A DNA stretch of 62,108 bases, counting the filler, from Nemertoderma westbladi (taxonomy: Eukaryota; Animalia; Xenacoelomorpha): NCBI GenBank assembly GCA_032718475.1. It is 3 parts of 3 records of this genome, joined end to end, with 100 filler letters (N's around TTAATTAATTAA, not from the genome) between each part and the next. Parts side by side here need not be neighbours in the genome. Positions count along the whole stretch, not along the records: positions 48,391 to 62,108 come from JAUCBJ010003654.1; 2 more parts are not named here. One strand, 5' to 3'. A program made the position numbers and the translations under genes. Below, in pieces: positions 48,291-60,746 of this stretch; the stretch's first letter is position 1, and each line of letters begins with the position of its first letter. The notes under the pieces are model-generated. The model ran no database searches, was not told where the DNA came from, and saw nothing but the letters and a program-made list of their open reading frames with translations.

Positions 48291-48390
48291 NNNNNNNNNN
48301 NNNNNNNNNNNNNNNNNNNNNNNNNNNNNNNNNNTTAATTAATTAANNNNNNNNNNNNNNNNNNNNNNNNNNNNNNNNNNNNNNNNNNNN
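48291..48390. other. Artificial assembly gap/spacer
   Basis: N-run with central TTAATTAATTAA, identical layout to 23123-23222. Confidence 0.97.
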
Positions 48391-50162
48391 CATACAACTG
48401 GCCTCTCACTAACACCCCTACAACTGGCCGCTCAGTAACACCCCTACAACTTGCTGCTCAGCAACACCCCTACAACTGGCCGCTCACTAACACCCTACAA
48501 CTGACCGCTCACTAACACCCCTAAAACTGGCCATTCACTAACGCCCATACAACTGGCCGCTCACTAACACCCCTACAACTGGCCGCTCACTAACGCCCAC
48601 AAAACTGGCCGCTCACTAACACCCCTACAACTGGCCGCTCACTAACGCCCATACAACTGGCCGCTCACTAACACCCCTACAACTGGCCGCTCAGTAACAC
48701 CCCCTACAACTGGCCGCTCAGTAACACCCTCTACAACTGGCCGCTCAGTAACACCCCTACAACTGGCCGCTCACTAACACCCATATAACTGGCCGCTGAC
48801 TAACACCCCTACAACTGGCCGCTTAGTAACACCCCTACAACAGGCCGCTCACTAACACCCCCACAACTGGCTGCTCACTAACGCCCATACAACTGGCCGC
48901 TCACTAACGCCCATAAAACTGGCCGCTCACTAACACCCCTACAACTGGCCGCTCACTAACGCCCATACAACTGGCCGCTCACTAACGCCCCTACAACTGG
49001 TGCCGCTCACTAACGCCCCTACAACTGGCCGCTCACTAACGCCCCTACAACTGGCCGCTCACTAACACCCCTACAACTGGCCGCTCACTAACACCCCTAC
49101 AACTGGCTGCTCACTAACACCCATACAACTGGCCGCTCACTAACGCCCCTACAACTAGCCGCTCACTAACGCCCCTACAACTGGCCGCTCACTAACGCCC
49201 CTACAACTGGCCGCTCACTAACGCCCATACAACTGGCCGCTCACTAACGCCCCTACAACTGGCCGCTCACTAACGCCCATACAACTGGCCGCTCACTAAC
49301 ACCCCTACAACTGGCCGCTCACTAACGCCCATACAACTGGCCTCTCACTAACACCCCTACAACTGGCCGCTCAGTAACACCCCCTGCAACTGGCCGCTCA
49401 GAAACACCCCTACAACTGGCCGCTCACTAACACCCATACAACTGGCCGCTCAGTAACACCCCTACTACTGGCCGCTCAGTAACACCCCTACAACTGGCCG
49501 CTCACTAACACCCTACAACTGGCCGCACACTAACACCCCTTACATCTGGCCGCTCACTTACGCCCATACAACTGGCCGCTCACTAACACCCCTACAACTG
49601 TCCGCTCAGTAACACCCCTACAACTAGCCGCTCACTAACACCCCCTACAACTGGCCGCTCACTAACACCCCTACAACTGGCCGCTCACTAACACACCTAC
49701 AACTGGACGTTCACTAACATCCCTACAACTGGCCGCTCACTAACACCCCTACAACTAGCCGCTCACTAACACCCCCTACAACTGGCCGCTCACTAACACC
49801 CCTACAACTGGCCGCTCACTAACACACCTACAACTGGACGTTCAACTAATACCCCTACAACTGGCCGCTCACTAACACCCCTACAACTAGCCGCACACTA
49901 ACACCCCCTACAACTGGCCGCTCACTAACACCCCTACAACTGGCCGCTCAGTAACACCCCTACAACTAGCCGCACACTAACACCCCCTACAACTGGCCGC
50001 TCACTAACACCCCTACAACTAGCCGCTCACTAACACCCCCTACAACTGGCCGCTCACTAACACCCCTACAACTGGCCGCTCAGTAACACCCCCTACAACT
50101 GGCCGCTCACTAACACCCCTACAACTGGCCGCTCAGTAACACCCATACAACTGGCCACTCAC
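48391..50162. repeat. 26-bp minisatellite, ~68 copies, truncated by the gap
   Basis: Unit TACAACTGGCCGCTCACTAACACCCC; the right edge reads TTGAG|GTGAGT on the minus strand at 50163/50162. Confidence 0.97.
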
Positions 50163-51444
50163 CTCAACTAGAAATATAGCGGAACTCAGACATCAGGTTG
50201 ATTATTTAACTTTAAATATATTAAATACCACATTATTTAATTAATTTTAATTAACTATATTTTATAAATTATTTTATCACACCATTGCTTTGTTGTATTA
50301 AATAACTTAAATATATATAATTGTTATTAATGTTATTCGATAAAACAAGTATTGCTATTGGCAAGTATTTGGCCCATTTTGGCGAATCTCAATGTTCGTT
50401 TCATGCGAATCTCAATTTTCGTTTCATGTCAATCTCAATCAGTCAGTTTCAATGTTAAATTATCAATTAGGAAAAGTAAGTAGCAGGTTATACAGTACTA
50501 GTGGGGCGTTCGTGCAGTATCAGCGAACAATTATAATTATACTATCACAATGGCTATCACCCCCGCACCCCCCCCCCCCCCGATTCCTAACCTAACCGAA
50601 ACAATTCACGAAAGTTAATAGAATCGGTTACAGTTTTAGTTTGCGTGTATTCAGCTGTTTGCGTGTTATTTGCATCGATCTTTTCCTGGACAGGAATCCC
50701 CCCCCCCCCACCCCCACTCCCCACCCCCAAAAAAAACCAATGCTCTATTCAGAAAATAAATCAAAAGTTTTGTAAAAGCTTTTGCGGCAAAAATGTATAT
50801 TTTTTGTGCAATACACGAACTACTCTAAAACCAGCAATGTCTCAAGAAAGTTGAAAACATATAAGACTTACGCCCTGTGGCGTTTATTTTTGGTATATAG
50901 CTCTAACGCCGAAATCGCCAGGCATTGGTCAATATTTTCTTTGTTCCGTAGCTCCTATGCTATTCGCACGGCCAATCAGCACAATTTTCACTTTGCGAAT
51001 TCCTGAGATCTTGTTTACATATTTCTATATGCCGCAATGCGACAAAATCATTTATTCTGCCCGAATACCATCAGTGGCGTGAGTTATAGAACTCAAAGCA
51101 AATTACCTGCATTCATTTCCTCCACTGCATCTTTTTCTGCAGTCTGCTAATATCTGACTGCGGATTAACTGCCGACACCGCTGTTTTGATACTGTTTTGT
51201 ACTGTTGTTCATTGTTGTTTGGTAACATATTTAATGGATGTTTGTATTTGGAGAATACGTAGGCTCTTCGAATAATCGATAATCCCAACTAACTTTCTTT
51301 ATTATTGAGAGGTAAGCAAGAGGGAAGCATTCGTAACGATTGATTGGCTCAAATTACAGTGGTCTGTATGATATTTATGCTATTTCATAACCCCATCAAA
51401 AGAGCTAAATTTCTCCTTATACATGAACAAAATTAGTAACAGTC

Positions 51445-51770
51445 AGCAAATTAGTGTGTTTCCGTATTATTGTCAGTGAAGTGAGTGCGAGTGAATAATG
51501 CTACATTCCTAAAGAATGTAAACGATGATGCTCTATAAACAACCGTTGTAATTATTGTAAGTAACTCCGTCTGCTATTTAAAGCGCAGCATCTAAAGGAA
51601 CTGTTGATATTTCCCTGAAAGTAAACATACTGTACAATAGTTTTTGGAGATTACATAGTAGAGATCAATCGAATAATAGAAAGTAGCCTACCCCTCACTC
51701 TGGCCATAGAATTCAGTCTCCCACACACGGTGGGTCATACGCCGCGCTAGACTGGCATCGGCTGTGTTAA
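51445..51770 (+). repeat. Dispersed repeat family copy 2 (see 16180-16590)
   Basis: Same ordered blocks, ending ggtgggtcatacgccgcgctagactggcatcggctgtgtt. Confidence 0.8.
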
Positions 51771-51777
51771 TTAATTA

Positions 51778-52025
51778 ACAATTGTTTTTGGGGGATGAAT
51801 AATTGTTTTTGGGGGATGAATAATTGTTTTTGGGGGACGAATAATTGAGTTTCGGGGAAGAATAATTGTTTTTGGGGGATGAATAATTGTTTTTGGGGGG
51901 ACGAATAATTGTTTTTGGGGGTAGAATAATTGTTTTTGGGGGTAGAATAATTGTTTTTGGGGAATCAATAATTGTTTTTGGGGGATGAATATTTTTTTTT
52001 GGGTGGTGAATAATTGTTTTTGATG
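51778..52025. repeat. 21-bp minisatellite, ~11 copies
   Basis: Unit AATAATTGTTTTTGGGGGATG with variants. Confidence 0.9.
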
Positions 52026-52199
52026 AGAGGGATATTCAAAATTGGGGTATGTGAATTGGTGCAACACAAAAAAATATATTTGGTGCAAAATAATTTATTT
52101 TGTTATTAAATCATATAATTTGGGGTGGCATTCAATTAGTGGCGATTACTATAATTCAATACAGTAGTAATAACAATATATTTGATTTTTACCATTTGA

Positions 52200-54980
52200 T
52201 TGATTACCATTTTTGATTACTCAAATTTTAAGGCCGATAAATTCATAAAAGATATTAAACTGGAAAGCTCTTGGTCTTACAAATCCAGTTTAATACCAGA
52301 TAATGAAAAATTTAATAAATTTTATGAAAATCTAGAAAACATTTGTTCGAATCATGTAACCAAAAAAAAAATAAGTCAACGCAATTCCCCCAAAAAACCC
52401 TGGATAACCACCTCTTTAATAAAATGCTCCCGCAAGAAGAATACATTATTCCGAAAATATTTAAAAAATCCCACAACAGAAAACTTAAATAAATTTAAAA
52501 CATATCGTAATAAATTAACTTCATGCCTGAAAATTGCAGAGAAAAATTATTATACGAACAAATTCACATCAAATTCAAACAACACTAGAAAAACCTGGCT
52601 CATAATAAACTCAGCTTTAAATAGACAAAAAAAATTAAACATTCCAAAAAAAATAACTGTTAAAGAAGGGGATAAAATTGAAACATTTACAGATAAATTA
52701 AAAATTGCTAACATTCTTAACACCCATTTCGCTAATATTGGTCCAGAGTTGGCAAGCTCAATTCCCACATCAAACCGCTCTCCAACACGGAATATTAAGT
52801 TTAATAGCTCCAGTTCGTTCTCATTAGTTGAGACATCGCCGGTGGAAGTTGAATATGAACTCTTGCATTTAAATCCAAAATCAGGAACCAATGACACATT
52901 TCCAACTAAACTTCTTATACTGGCTGCTAAACCTCTGTCATTTCTCCTAGCTCCTCTTATAAATCTATCAATTCAACGAGGTTTCTTCCCCGACTCTCTA
53001 AAAATTGCTAAAATTATTCCATCTTTTAAAGGGGGGGACCCCACCGACCCAAATAATTACCGTCCTACTTCACTTTTACCAGGTCTTAGCAAAATATTTG
53101 AAAAAATAATAAATAACCAACTTCAGTCTTTTATATTAAAGTTTGGAATTTTGACTAGTTCACAATACGGTTTTCGACCTAAGACAACAACTTCCGATGC
53201 TCTACTCTCAGTAATAAATCATATTCAAAATGTTCTAGAACACAAACACACAACCAGTGCTATCTTTATTGATTTAAAAAAAGCATATGATACTTTAGAT
53301 CACAAAATTCTTAAAAATAAATTACTCAACTATGGCATAAGAGGAAAACCTCACGACCTAATTTCAAACTTTTTATCAAACAGATTTCAATACATTTCCA
53401 TAGATGATTGCAATTCAATAAATTTACCACTGGCTTGTGGGGTTCCCCAGGGTAGTATAATATCACCAAACTTATTCCTACTTTACATCAACGATCTACC
53501 CAATGCAACAAATCTTAACTGTACCCTTTTTGCAGATGATACTACCCTTTATACATCAAATAATAATATTAATGTTTTAATTGAAGCCACAAACTGTGAA
53601 CTAGCTAAAATTTCGAATTGGTTAATCGACAATAAATTATCTTTAAATCTATCAAAAACTGAATACGAATTGTTTTCATATACTTTAAAAGACTTTACAA
53701 ATACGCCAATAGTACATATTAACACCAATAAAATAAAACAAGTACATGTAACTAAATTTTTAGGGGTGTGGGTGGATAATAAATTAAACTGGAGAAGTCA
53801 CATTCAATACATAACTAAAAAAATTTCAAAATTTTCTGGTATATTTTTCAAACTGAGGCATATATTCCCATTAAATATCTTAAGATTACTTTATTTTTCT
53901 TTAATTCACCCATACTTAATTTACGGAATCATACTTTGGGGGGGAACTTATGAAAGCATTATTAAACCACTCAGAATAAAAATCAATAAATTATTACGAT
54001 GTATTACCTTCAGCCACCATCGTTCATCGGCAAATCCCATTTACAAATCATTAAATATCCTTCCCTTAGATTTGCTTTATAAGTACGAAATAGGTAGGTT
54101 TGTATACAGATGTAACAACAATTTAGCCCCTACAAATATCTCAAAGCTATTTTTCAATAAAATTAAAGACTGCCATAATTATAATACAAGATCAGCCACC
54201 CAAGGGCATATTCAACTTCCACTAGTACGTCTCAGCTCAACTCAACGCTCTCTTAGTTATCTTGGTCCGTCTATTTGGAACGAGATCCCGGTGATGATTA
54301 GGAAAAAAAAAACAATAGCAATGTTTTCAAAAAACCTGAAAAAGCACCTCCTACAGCACCTATAAAATATTTTTATTGCAAATAAAATTTACAAATTTGA
54401 CACTTCTCCCTATTTATTTATTATTATTTTTTATTTTTTTTTATATACTGGATACTCTTGTGCAAAATTTAAAATTTAACTTCCTGACCTATATAAGACT
54501 TCACAAAAATTGCCGCCCGTAACATCCTAACTATTTTTACTTCAAATTGTATAAAATAAATTATCACTAACTTTTCTCTGAATCTACTCTGTTTTGGTCA
54601 ATTAATTAAACATCATTCCTATTTAAATAAAATCGCCATCATCCACTCTTTCAATTTCAAATTTTAGTCTCAACCAAGTAGGTATCGGTCAATAGTATCA
54701 CAATAAATTTAGTTAATGGTTCTATAAATATTTCATTTTTTGGGCCGGAGAGTATTTAAGGATATAAAAAAATGTGTCATAATATAAATACCCAAGGTAG
54801 TAAAATAATATTTCATGTCTGATACTTAGCTTAACACCTGGCTGATTGCGTCCACTAGCTCCAGGCTATTAGCAGTCAGCCAGCTTCAGTCATCATTTTT
54901 AAGTATTGATTTAATTATGAAAGTGTATTGCAATTTCTTATTTGTTTGATTGGAGAAATAAATATAATGATATAATAATA
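52200..54980 (+). mobile_element. 5'-truncated non-LTR retrotransposon (CR1/L2 group) with open RT reading frame 52200-54365 and AT-rich 3' UTR
   Basis: KPWIT, NYRPTSLLP..SKIFEK, QYGFR, FIDLKKAYDT, GVPQGS, LYINDL, LFADDT, KFLGVWVDNKLNW, GP.IWN.IP; no APE endonuclease upstream and no ATG start. The 3' end is estimated. Confidence 0.92.
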
Positions 54981-56142
54981 TACTGTAGTGACATTTCGTA
55001 TGCAAAAAATAACCACAACTTTAATATTTACTAGATACAAAGAAATAACATTACTTACGAAAAGAACCATATAGTTAATTTTTCCTAACCCATAGTTTTA
55101 GTAATGTTATTTCATGCTCTGTTTGAATTTAAGCCCATATCTCAGCTATTTACCAGCGGAATTCAGATTTTATTCAATATTACCTTATTACACGTTATTA
55201 CATTTACTTCATAATTCCATCAGTACCAACGAATGACAATAAGGTTAAGGAATAGCTGTAGACGGCAGTTGAGGCAAATCGATGGAGACGGCTGTTTCAA
55301 ACGCTTGTAGCTAAAGAATGAAAGCAAAAATGTAAACTCTGACTCATCCAGTGTAAATTGGTTAACCATTTGTTTTTGCATCCCAACCAATGTTTGTACA
55401 GTACTACAGTATACCGTAAAGTAGTATACTGTCACTTACAATGCATGCGTGCATTGTTGAGCGCATCCCTTGCCTTCCATTCCTGGGTACAAATGCAATG
55501 GCACACCTCCCCACATGTCGCTGCTTACTTAAGGTTTCTATTCTTATAGAATCGTATGGTTGCGTCCGAAATAATCCATTGCCAGAATAATATATTTGTC
55601 TCCCGCAGTGTAAGTTAGACCTAAGCCATTATTATTGCTCGTAATTATGATTTAAACTGAATAGTTATATTGCTGGGTTCGAGTTGGTCAAACACATTAA
55701 TTATTTAATCGTATTGATTAATCTACCATTGCAGGTTTATATTACGCTGTACGGGCAATTCATTAGGTTTTGTTTGATTGCGCGTATCAATTATAATTTG
55801 GTAAGGAAAAAGATTTCGCCTTGTGGAGCATTTTATTATAATGCATAGACGTACAGTTACATTGTAATGTCGAATATAATTTTGCAGGCCAAAGTATGTC
55901 TATTATATTTACACAAACTTACAGTATAAGTCGTAGTTCTAAGTACAGTAGTACAGATAAGTACAGTAAGTACTGCAAGTTGTATCAAAGCGGTAGGTCA
56001 ATTCAAGGTGACTTAAGAATAATAGTAAGTTGCCTCAATGGATTCAATTACTACTGTAGCAATCTAACATAGGAATGTAGATTTGGCAAGTAGATTAATG
56101 ATAATCAAATCTCATTATACAGTACGGGTCAGTACGTATATA

Positions 56143-56434
56143 ATGTTGCTTCTTATGTTATTATGTATCATACTTTTGCCTCTATCGCGTTGCTGTAGCA
56201 ATATATCCAGATGGTGTCAGCCTCATTTTGATCCGCCAAGTTTGGATAAAGTTTATGAATATTCTAACTACAACGTCTCCTTGCTGTTTACATGCAATAC
56301 TACGGGCACTAGAAATCTTCGCGTTCGTATAACTTTGGCCGAAGACGGTATCGCATTTATATCGAATGAGGAAGTTGATATTTACCTCGAAACAGATGAG
56401 AATTTGACCATTCCTGTAACAACTGGAATGTTGG
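56143..56434 (+). CDS. Probable first coding exon of a secreted/membrane protein, resembling the extracellular N-terminus of SLC10 (sodium/bile acid cotransporter) family members
   Basis: ATG 56143 begins a signal peptide MLLLMLLCIILLPLSRCC; F.PPSL.KV.E pattern, several N-x-S/T sites, ends ...IPVTTGMLG at a strong donor G|GTGAGT (56434/56435). No downstream exon found in the window. Confidence 0.45.
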
Positions 56435-57688
56435 GTGAGTTTAATGGATATTTTCATGTTTACTGTAAAAGATTACTTTTCTTCCCCCACAGAGGCTGCC
56501 AGGTTCCCTTTGTATGATGTTAGACAACCACGACTTTAGAGGGATTGTGATATTAATATGAAAACAATAAAGTAGGAAATTGGGTGCACTGCTGATAAGG
56601 AGAACCACGAATCCCAGGGTTCAGTGTTTAAATCTCCGAAACCCTTTATTTTTATAAAATTTATTACTTAGACTTACCTTTTCGGCGGACAAAATGTCCC
56701 ATATTTTTCTTAATTTATGGGATAGCCTATTCGTGCAATACTTACTGGTACCTGTAGTTACTGTATGGTTTGGTGCAGTTTTCCTTGTGGTAGTTGGGTT
56801 GGGAGCACTAAACTCGATTTGGTAATTCATTTTTTAATAGGCCTTAGTGCCTGAGTACTAATAGTGGCCCAAGTGGCCCTAAATGCTAGGTAGTATCTGA
56901 GGGAATAATACCCCATTTCCTATTTTATAGGTTCCCTTTGTGCCGCTGGGTTTGCGTAAACTAAGCTCGAACTTCTTATAAAGTGTATTGTTAGGGACAG
57001 CAGTGCGAAATTTCTGCAGTCATTACTGGGATTTGAACCTCCGAACCTCTCCACAAACCGAAACCACTATTGTGTGAAAGCATAAAGCAGTTCACTGTTA
57101 CTGCTTACTGTTACACGTGATTTCGAAATGTCCAAGGTCTCACCCCCGTACAGTATAAAAGTACACTTTCCACTGTGGCTCGAACGAACTTGGTCTTCAG
57201 GTGCGTGGAGAGGTCTGATTTCCAGATGGGACAGTATCTATTTTTGATAGAACTACCAAATAGGCCTACACATGCCTTTGTTTACCTAACCATTGTGTCT
57301 TTTTTGTTGCTCTCTATCCCATACCTAAAGGTAGCCCTACTGGAAGTCTTTCTCTAGTTGATTATTATCGATAGAGGAAAAGTCTGTTGGGATTCCAATA
57401 TAAAAATCATAATTGATTTTGGTATCATTTATATGCAATCCAACCTCCCTTCCAAAGTTTTTCCAACTGCTTTTCCCACTTTATTCAGTAAGTTGTGCAT
57501 CTGTTAAGCGTATCAGTTAGAGGAAGAAAGGCAAGGACGTTTTGGGTCACAATTTTTTATTAGGCTTGGCATCCATTAATATCTTGACTAAAACCATTAC
57601 TAATAACATTAACTAATAATATCATTGCTAAATATTTCGTGCCTTGTTTTATTTAAAAAAGAGGTACAGTGTAGACATTGTTAATTAA

Positions 57689-58560
57689 CCCTATTGGTAC
57701 CGGGCTATAAAATGCTGTACAAATACCGGTGGGGGTGGGGGGGGGGGGGGGGGGGGGTCATATTGACCCCTCCCTCTAAAATCTACAAATATTAACGAAA
57801 ACGTCTGATTTTTTGTTTGTACGTAGGTATCACTAGTCTGGATCCGACCGAAAAAAAAAAAATTTCGAAAAAATGCAGCACCACAATTACAAGTAGTGCA
57901 CAATTTTCACAAAATTTGAAAGTTACATTTTTCGGCTAATTGTTTTTCAATACAGGTTTTCTGGGGCGCAAAATACATTGGAAAATATTTAAAAATGATA
58001 TGATTACCATAAATGGCTGTTTAGTCCTCTATGCGTAGGAAAAAAGTGAAAAAAACAAGTAACCAGCACTTTTCAGTTAGAACACAAAATATTTAATTCA
58101 CTTATACGATGCTATAAATTCATATTTTCAGGTTTTCTTGGGCGCTGATTCTAAAGGAATACATTTCAAGCCAGATCATTTCTACTTGTATTTCTCGGCG
58201 TAATTTGGCAAATTTTGGTGCTAGCACCAAATTTCGTACCCATCACCAAAAAGTACAAGTTTGCGATGTCCAGTAATGTTTTTATTGATTCCATCGGATT
58301 CAGGACCCTCGCAAACCCGTATAACGCAAGAAACAAGATGATACTATCTACTGATCAATTTACTCATTTTCCAAAATTTGGTGCTGGCACAACAATTTCC
58401 ACCCACCGGCGAAAAATACAAGTTTGAAAACTCTTATGAAATTTTTACTGATTCCATTGAATTCAGAACCCTAACAAACCCGTATAACGCAAGAAACAAG
58501 ATGACACAATAAATTGATATATTTGATGGTTTTCAAAATTTGGTGCTAGCACCACATTTT
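57689..58560. mobile_element. piggyBac-type MITE fragment related to 452-1882
   Basis: TTAA-CCCTATT start, G-run followed by palindrome ggggtcatattgacccc, and aaatt(t)tggtgct(a/g)gcac subrepeats similar to the first MITE. Matching right TIR not found. Confidence 0.55.
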
Positions 58561-60039
58561 GCCGATAGATGGCGTAGCTATCTTAGTTATTCTTATGTTT
58601 GATTATATATTATATCCATCCTGATTATACAGTAGTACATACGTACTACGGCTTTCTGCATTGCTGTACCCTGCCCTCCTGATTAGTCATAGGGCCTAAT
58701 AGATAAAAAAAAAGATAAATTAATTGTAGATAAAATAGTTGTTGATAAAAAAAAACGTGTCAGAAATAACTTCTTGACACTAATTTAATTTAACCGAAAT
58801 TCAGATGTTCTGCCCTCGTGTATTGAATTTTGCATTCGATGGCCTTTTAGGTGCATTTCCTACAAAACCTAAAAGCATAATTGGGCAGCATAATTGAATT
58901 TGGTAAATTAAAATGAGTGAAAAAAAAGTACTTATTTCCGAGACTGCTCTCTATCGGAGAACATTTCTTTCTCAGCAAGTCCAAATCTAGATCAGAAATA
59001 TTATATCTTTGCACAAAGCCCACACTTTTGGTGTGTTATATTTCTCAGCAAGTCCTGTAAAGATAAGTACCGTGCAAAACCTACCCTATAGAAAATAAAT
59101 AATATATTCCCACGATCCAATCAAAATTGCTAAATGCCTACAGGAGCCAGTCAGACTTAAGGGGGCCAACTATAACCCCCACAGAAATGAAATTTTCGAA
59201 AATTTGCACAAATTTTTGTAATTTGATAGAAGGGATTTCATAAGGTGATATCGGTTTTCCACATTGAATTATTTTTTGACCTCAAACTGTTCTTTTCAAC
59301 AACATAATATATTGCTGATATTTATGACTCTCTGTATAAAACAACCTTTTTATCAGTTTGTCGATTTAGACTTCACTAAATTCACTAAAAAACCCTACTA
59401 CTATTTTATTTTTTACTCAATTTCCATCAAACATATACCAAAATGTGCAGCAGCTTTAGGACTACTATCGTTGGTTTTGTAAAACATGGCCATTTGTATC
59501 TTCTAGAGCCGATTTTGTAACAATTTTTTGCACCCAATTTTGAAAAAACCGACCTGCTCAAAAAGTGCCATATTTTTCGAACAAACGGTTTATGAAGCTA
59601 TCTATACTCAGTTTTCATCGTTTATAAAAGATCACAGATAATTGTGTTAAAGTTTCAGAATAGTAGCTTTATAAATAAAACAAATAGATATGGTCCCATA
59701 AATATATTAAAAAATTAAACTTGAGAAAATCTACCAAAACCATTACACTCGTTGTTATAGCAAAGGTTTTATATGCCGTTTAGTAATGTTACAATTCTTG
59801 ATGATAACTATTTTTGCAAAGTAGGCCTTCTTATTATTAAAGTACTTAGTAGTTATTTGCACGCAGTCAGTCATCCAACGAAAATACTTTATATTTCCTT
59901 CGCAACATTTTCACAATTTCAGTTGTTTTTAGCGGCTTGTTCTTTTGAAAGGGTTTGCGGAAAAATATCAATTTTCGGGCCATTTTTGGAAAGTACTAAA
60001 ATGTGCCTTAAGGGCCACCAGAGGCTTAATCCGGCACTG

Positions 60040-60600
60040 GAAAAACTCAGTTTCACCATCTGGTGAGAGTACCTGTGCTTCTGTGTCACAATATAACAAT
60101 CCAATGCCAGCAACGATTACTCCTGGTATTCCATAAGTTCTTATGATTTCAAACATTTTACCTCTATGGATGGAGTCGAATGCCTTCTTCAAGTCCAGAA
60201 AAGTCATGACTGCGGGGAGATTCTTTGACTTAATTCCTTCAATCAGTCTCCGTAGTGCAAGTATCTGAGCTATTGTTGATCTACTTGGTCGAAATCCGTT
60301 TTGGCTCTTACGCAGTAGTTTCTCTATGTGAGGCCTAATCCTATATAGAATCATTTTATTGTATATTTTGGCAGCTACCACAAGCAGACAGATCCCACGA
60401 TAGTTTGTTGGTATGCCGAGGTCTCCTTTCTTGGGGAGAGGCTTTAGTTGACCTTTAGTCCACATTGGTGGAGGCTTTTCTCCTTTTAACATCCGGTTGC
60501 AAACATTCAATAATGGTCTGTTTAGCACTCCTGTTTTCCATACCTCCGCTGGAATTTCATGTAATCCGCTCGCTTTATTATTGGACATGCTTTTAATGCT
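60040..60600 (-). mobile_element. RTE-type non-LTR RT fragment, cut at 60039 by a probable hAT-like end
   Basis: NNKASG...IPAEVWK, LPKKGDL...NYRGI.L, QNGFR..RST, FLDLKKAFDSIHR, SPDGETEFF. Homology stops where minus-strand CAGTGCCGGATTAA begins, before the expected GVLQGDT motif. Confidence 0.88.
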
Positions 60601-60746
60601 TCTTTGGAGTCCTTCTGGGGGATATGCCTCTTAGACATTCTTTGTGGGCTTTTATTATATTCTGGTATATTGAATCGGTGGAATGGATATCAATTAATAT
60701 TTTTTGGTTATGTTTTTGGATATTAAACAAAAAATACTACTGTACA

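Noticed and set aside
23123-48390. TTAATTAATTAA motifs inside N-runs as biological sites
   Set aside because: Identical 100-position layout at both gaps with stops in all frames; an assembly spacer. Adjacency across the gaps is therefore unproven.
32210-50162. Regular arrays as CRISPR loci
   Set aside because: Units are head-to-tail with no unique spacers, no cas genes, and the context is eukaryotic.
51771-52088. PQKQLF / PPKTII repeat protein
   Set aside because: Translation of the 21-bp minisatellite.
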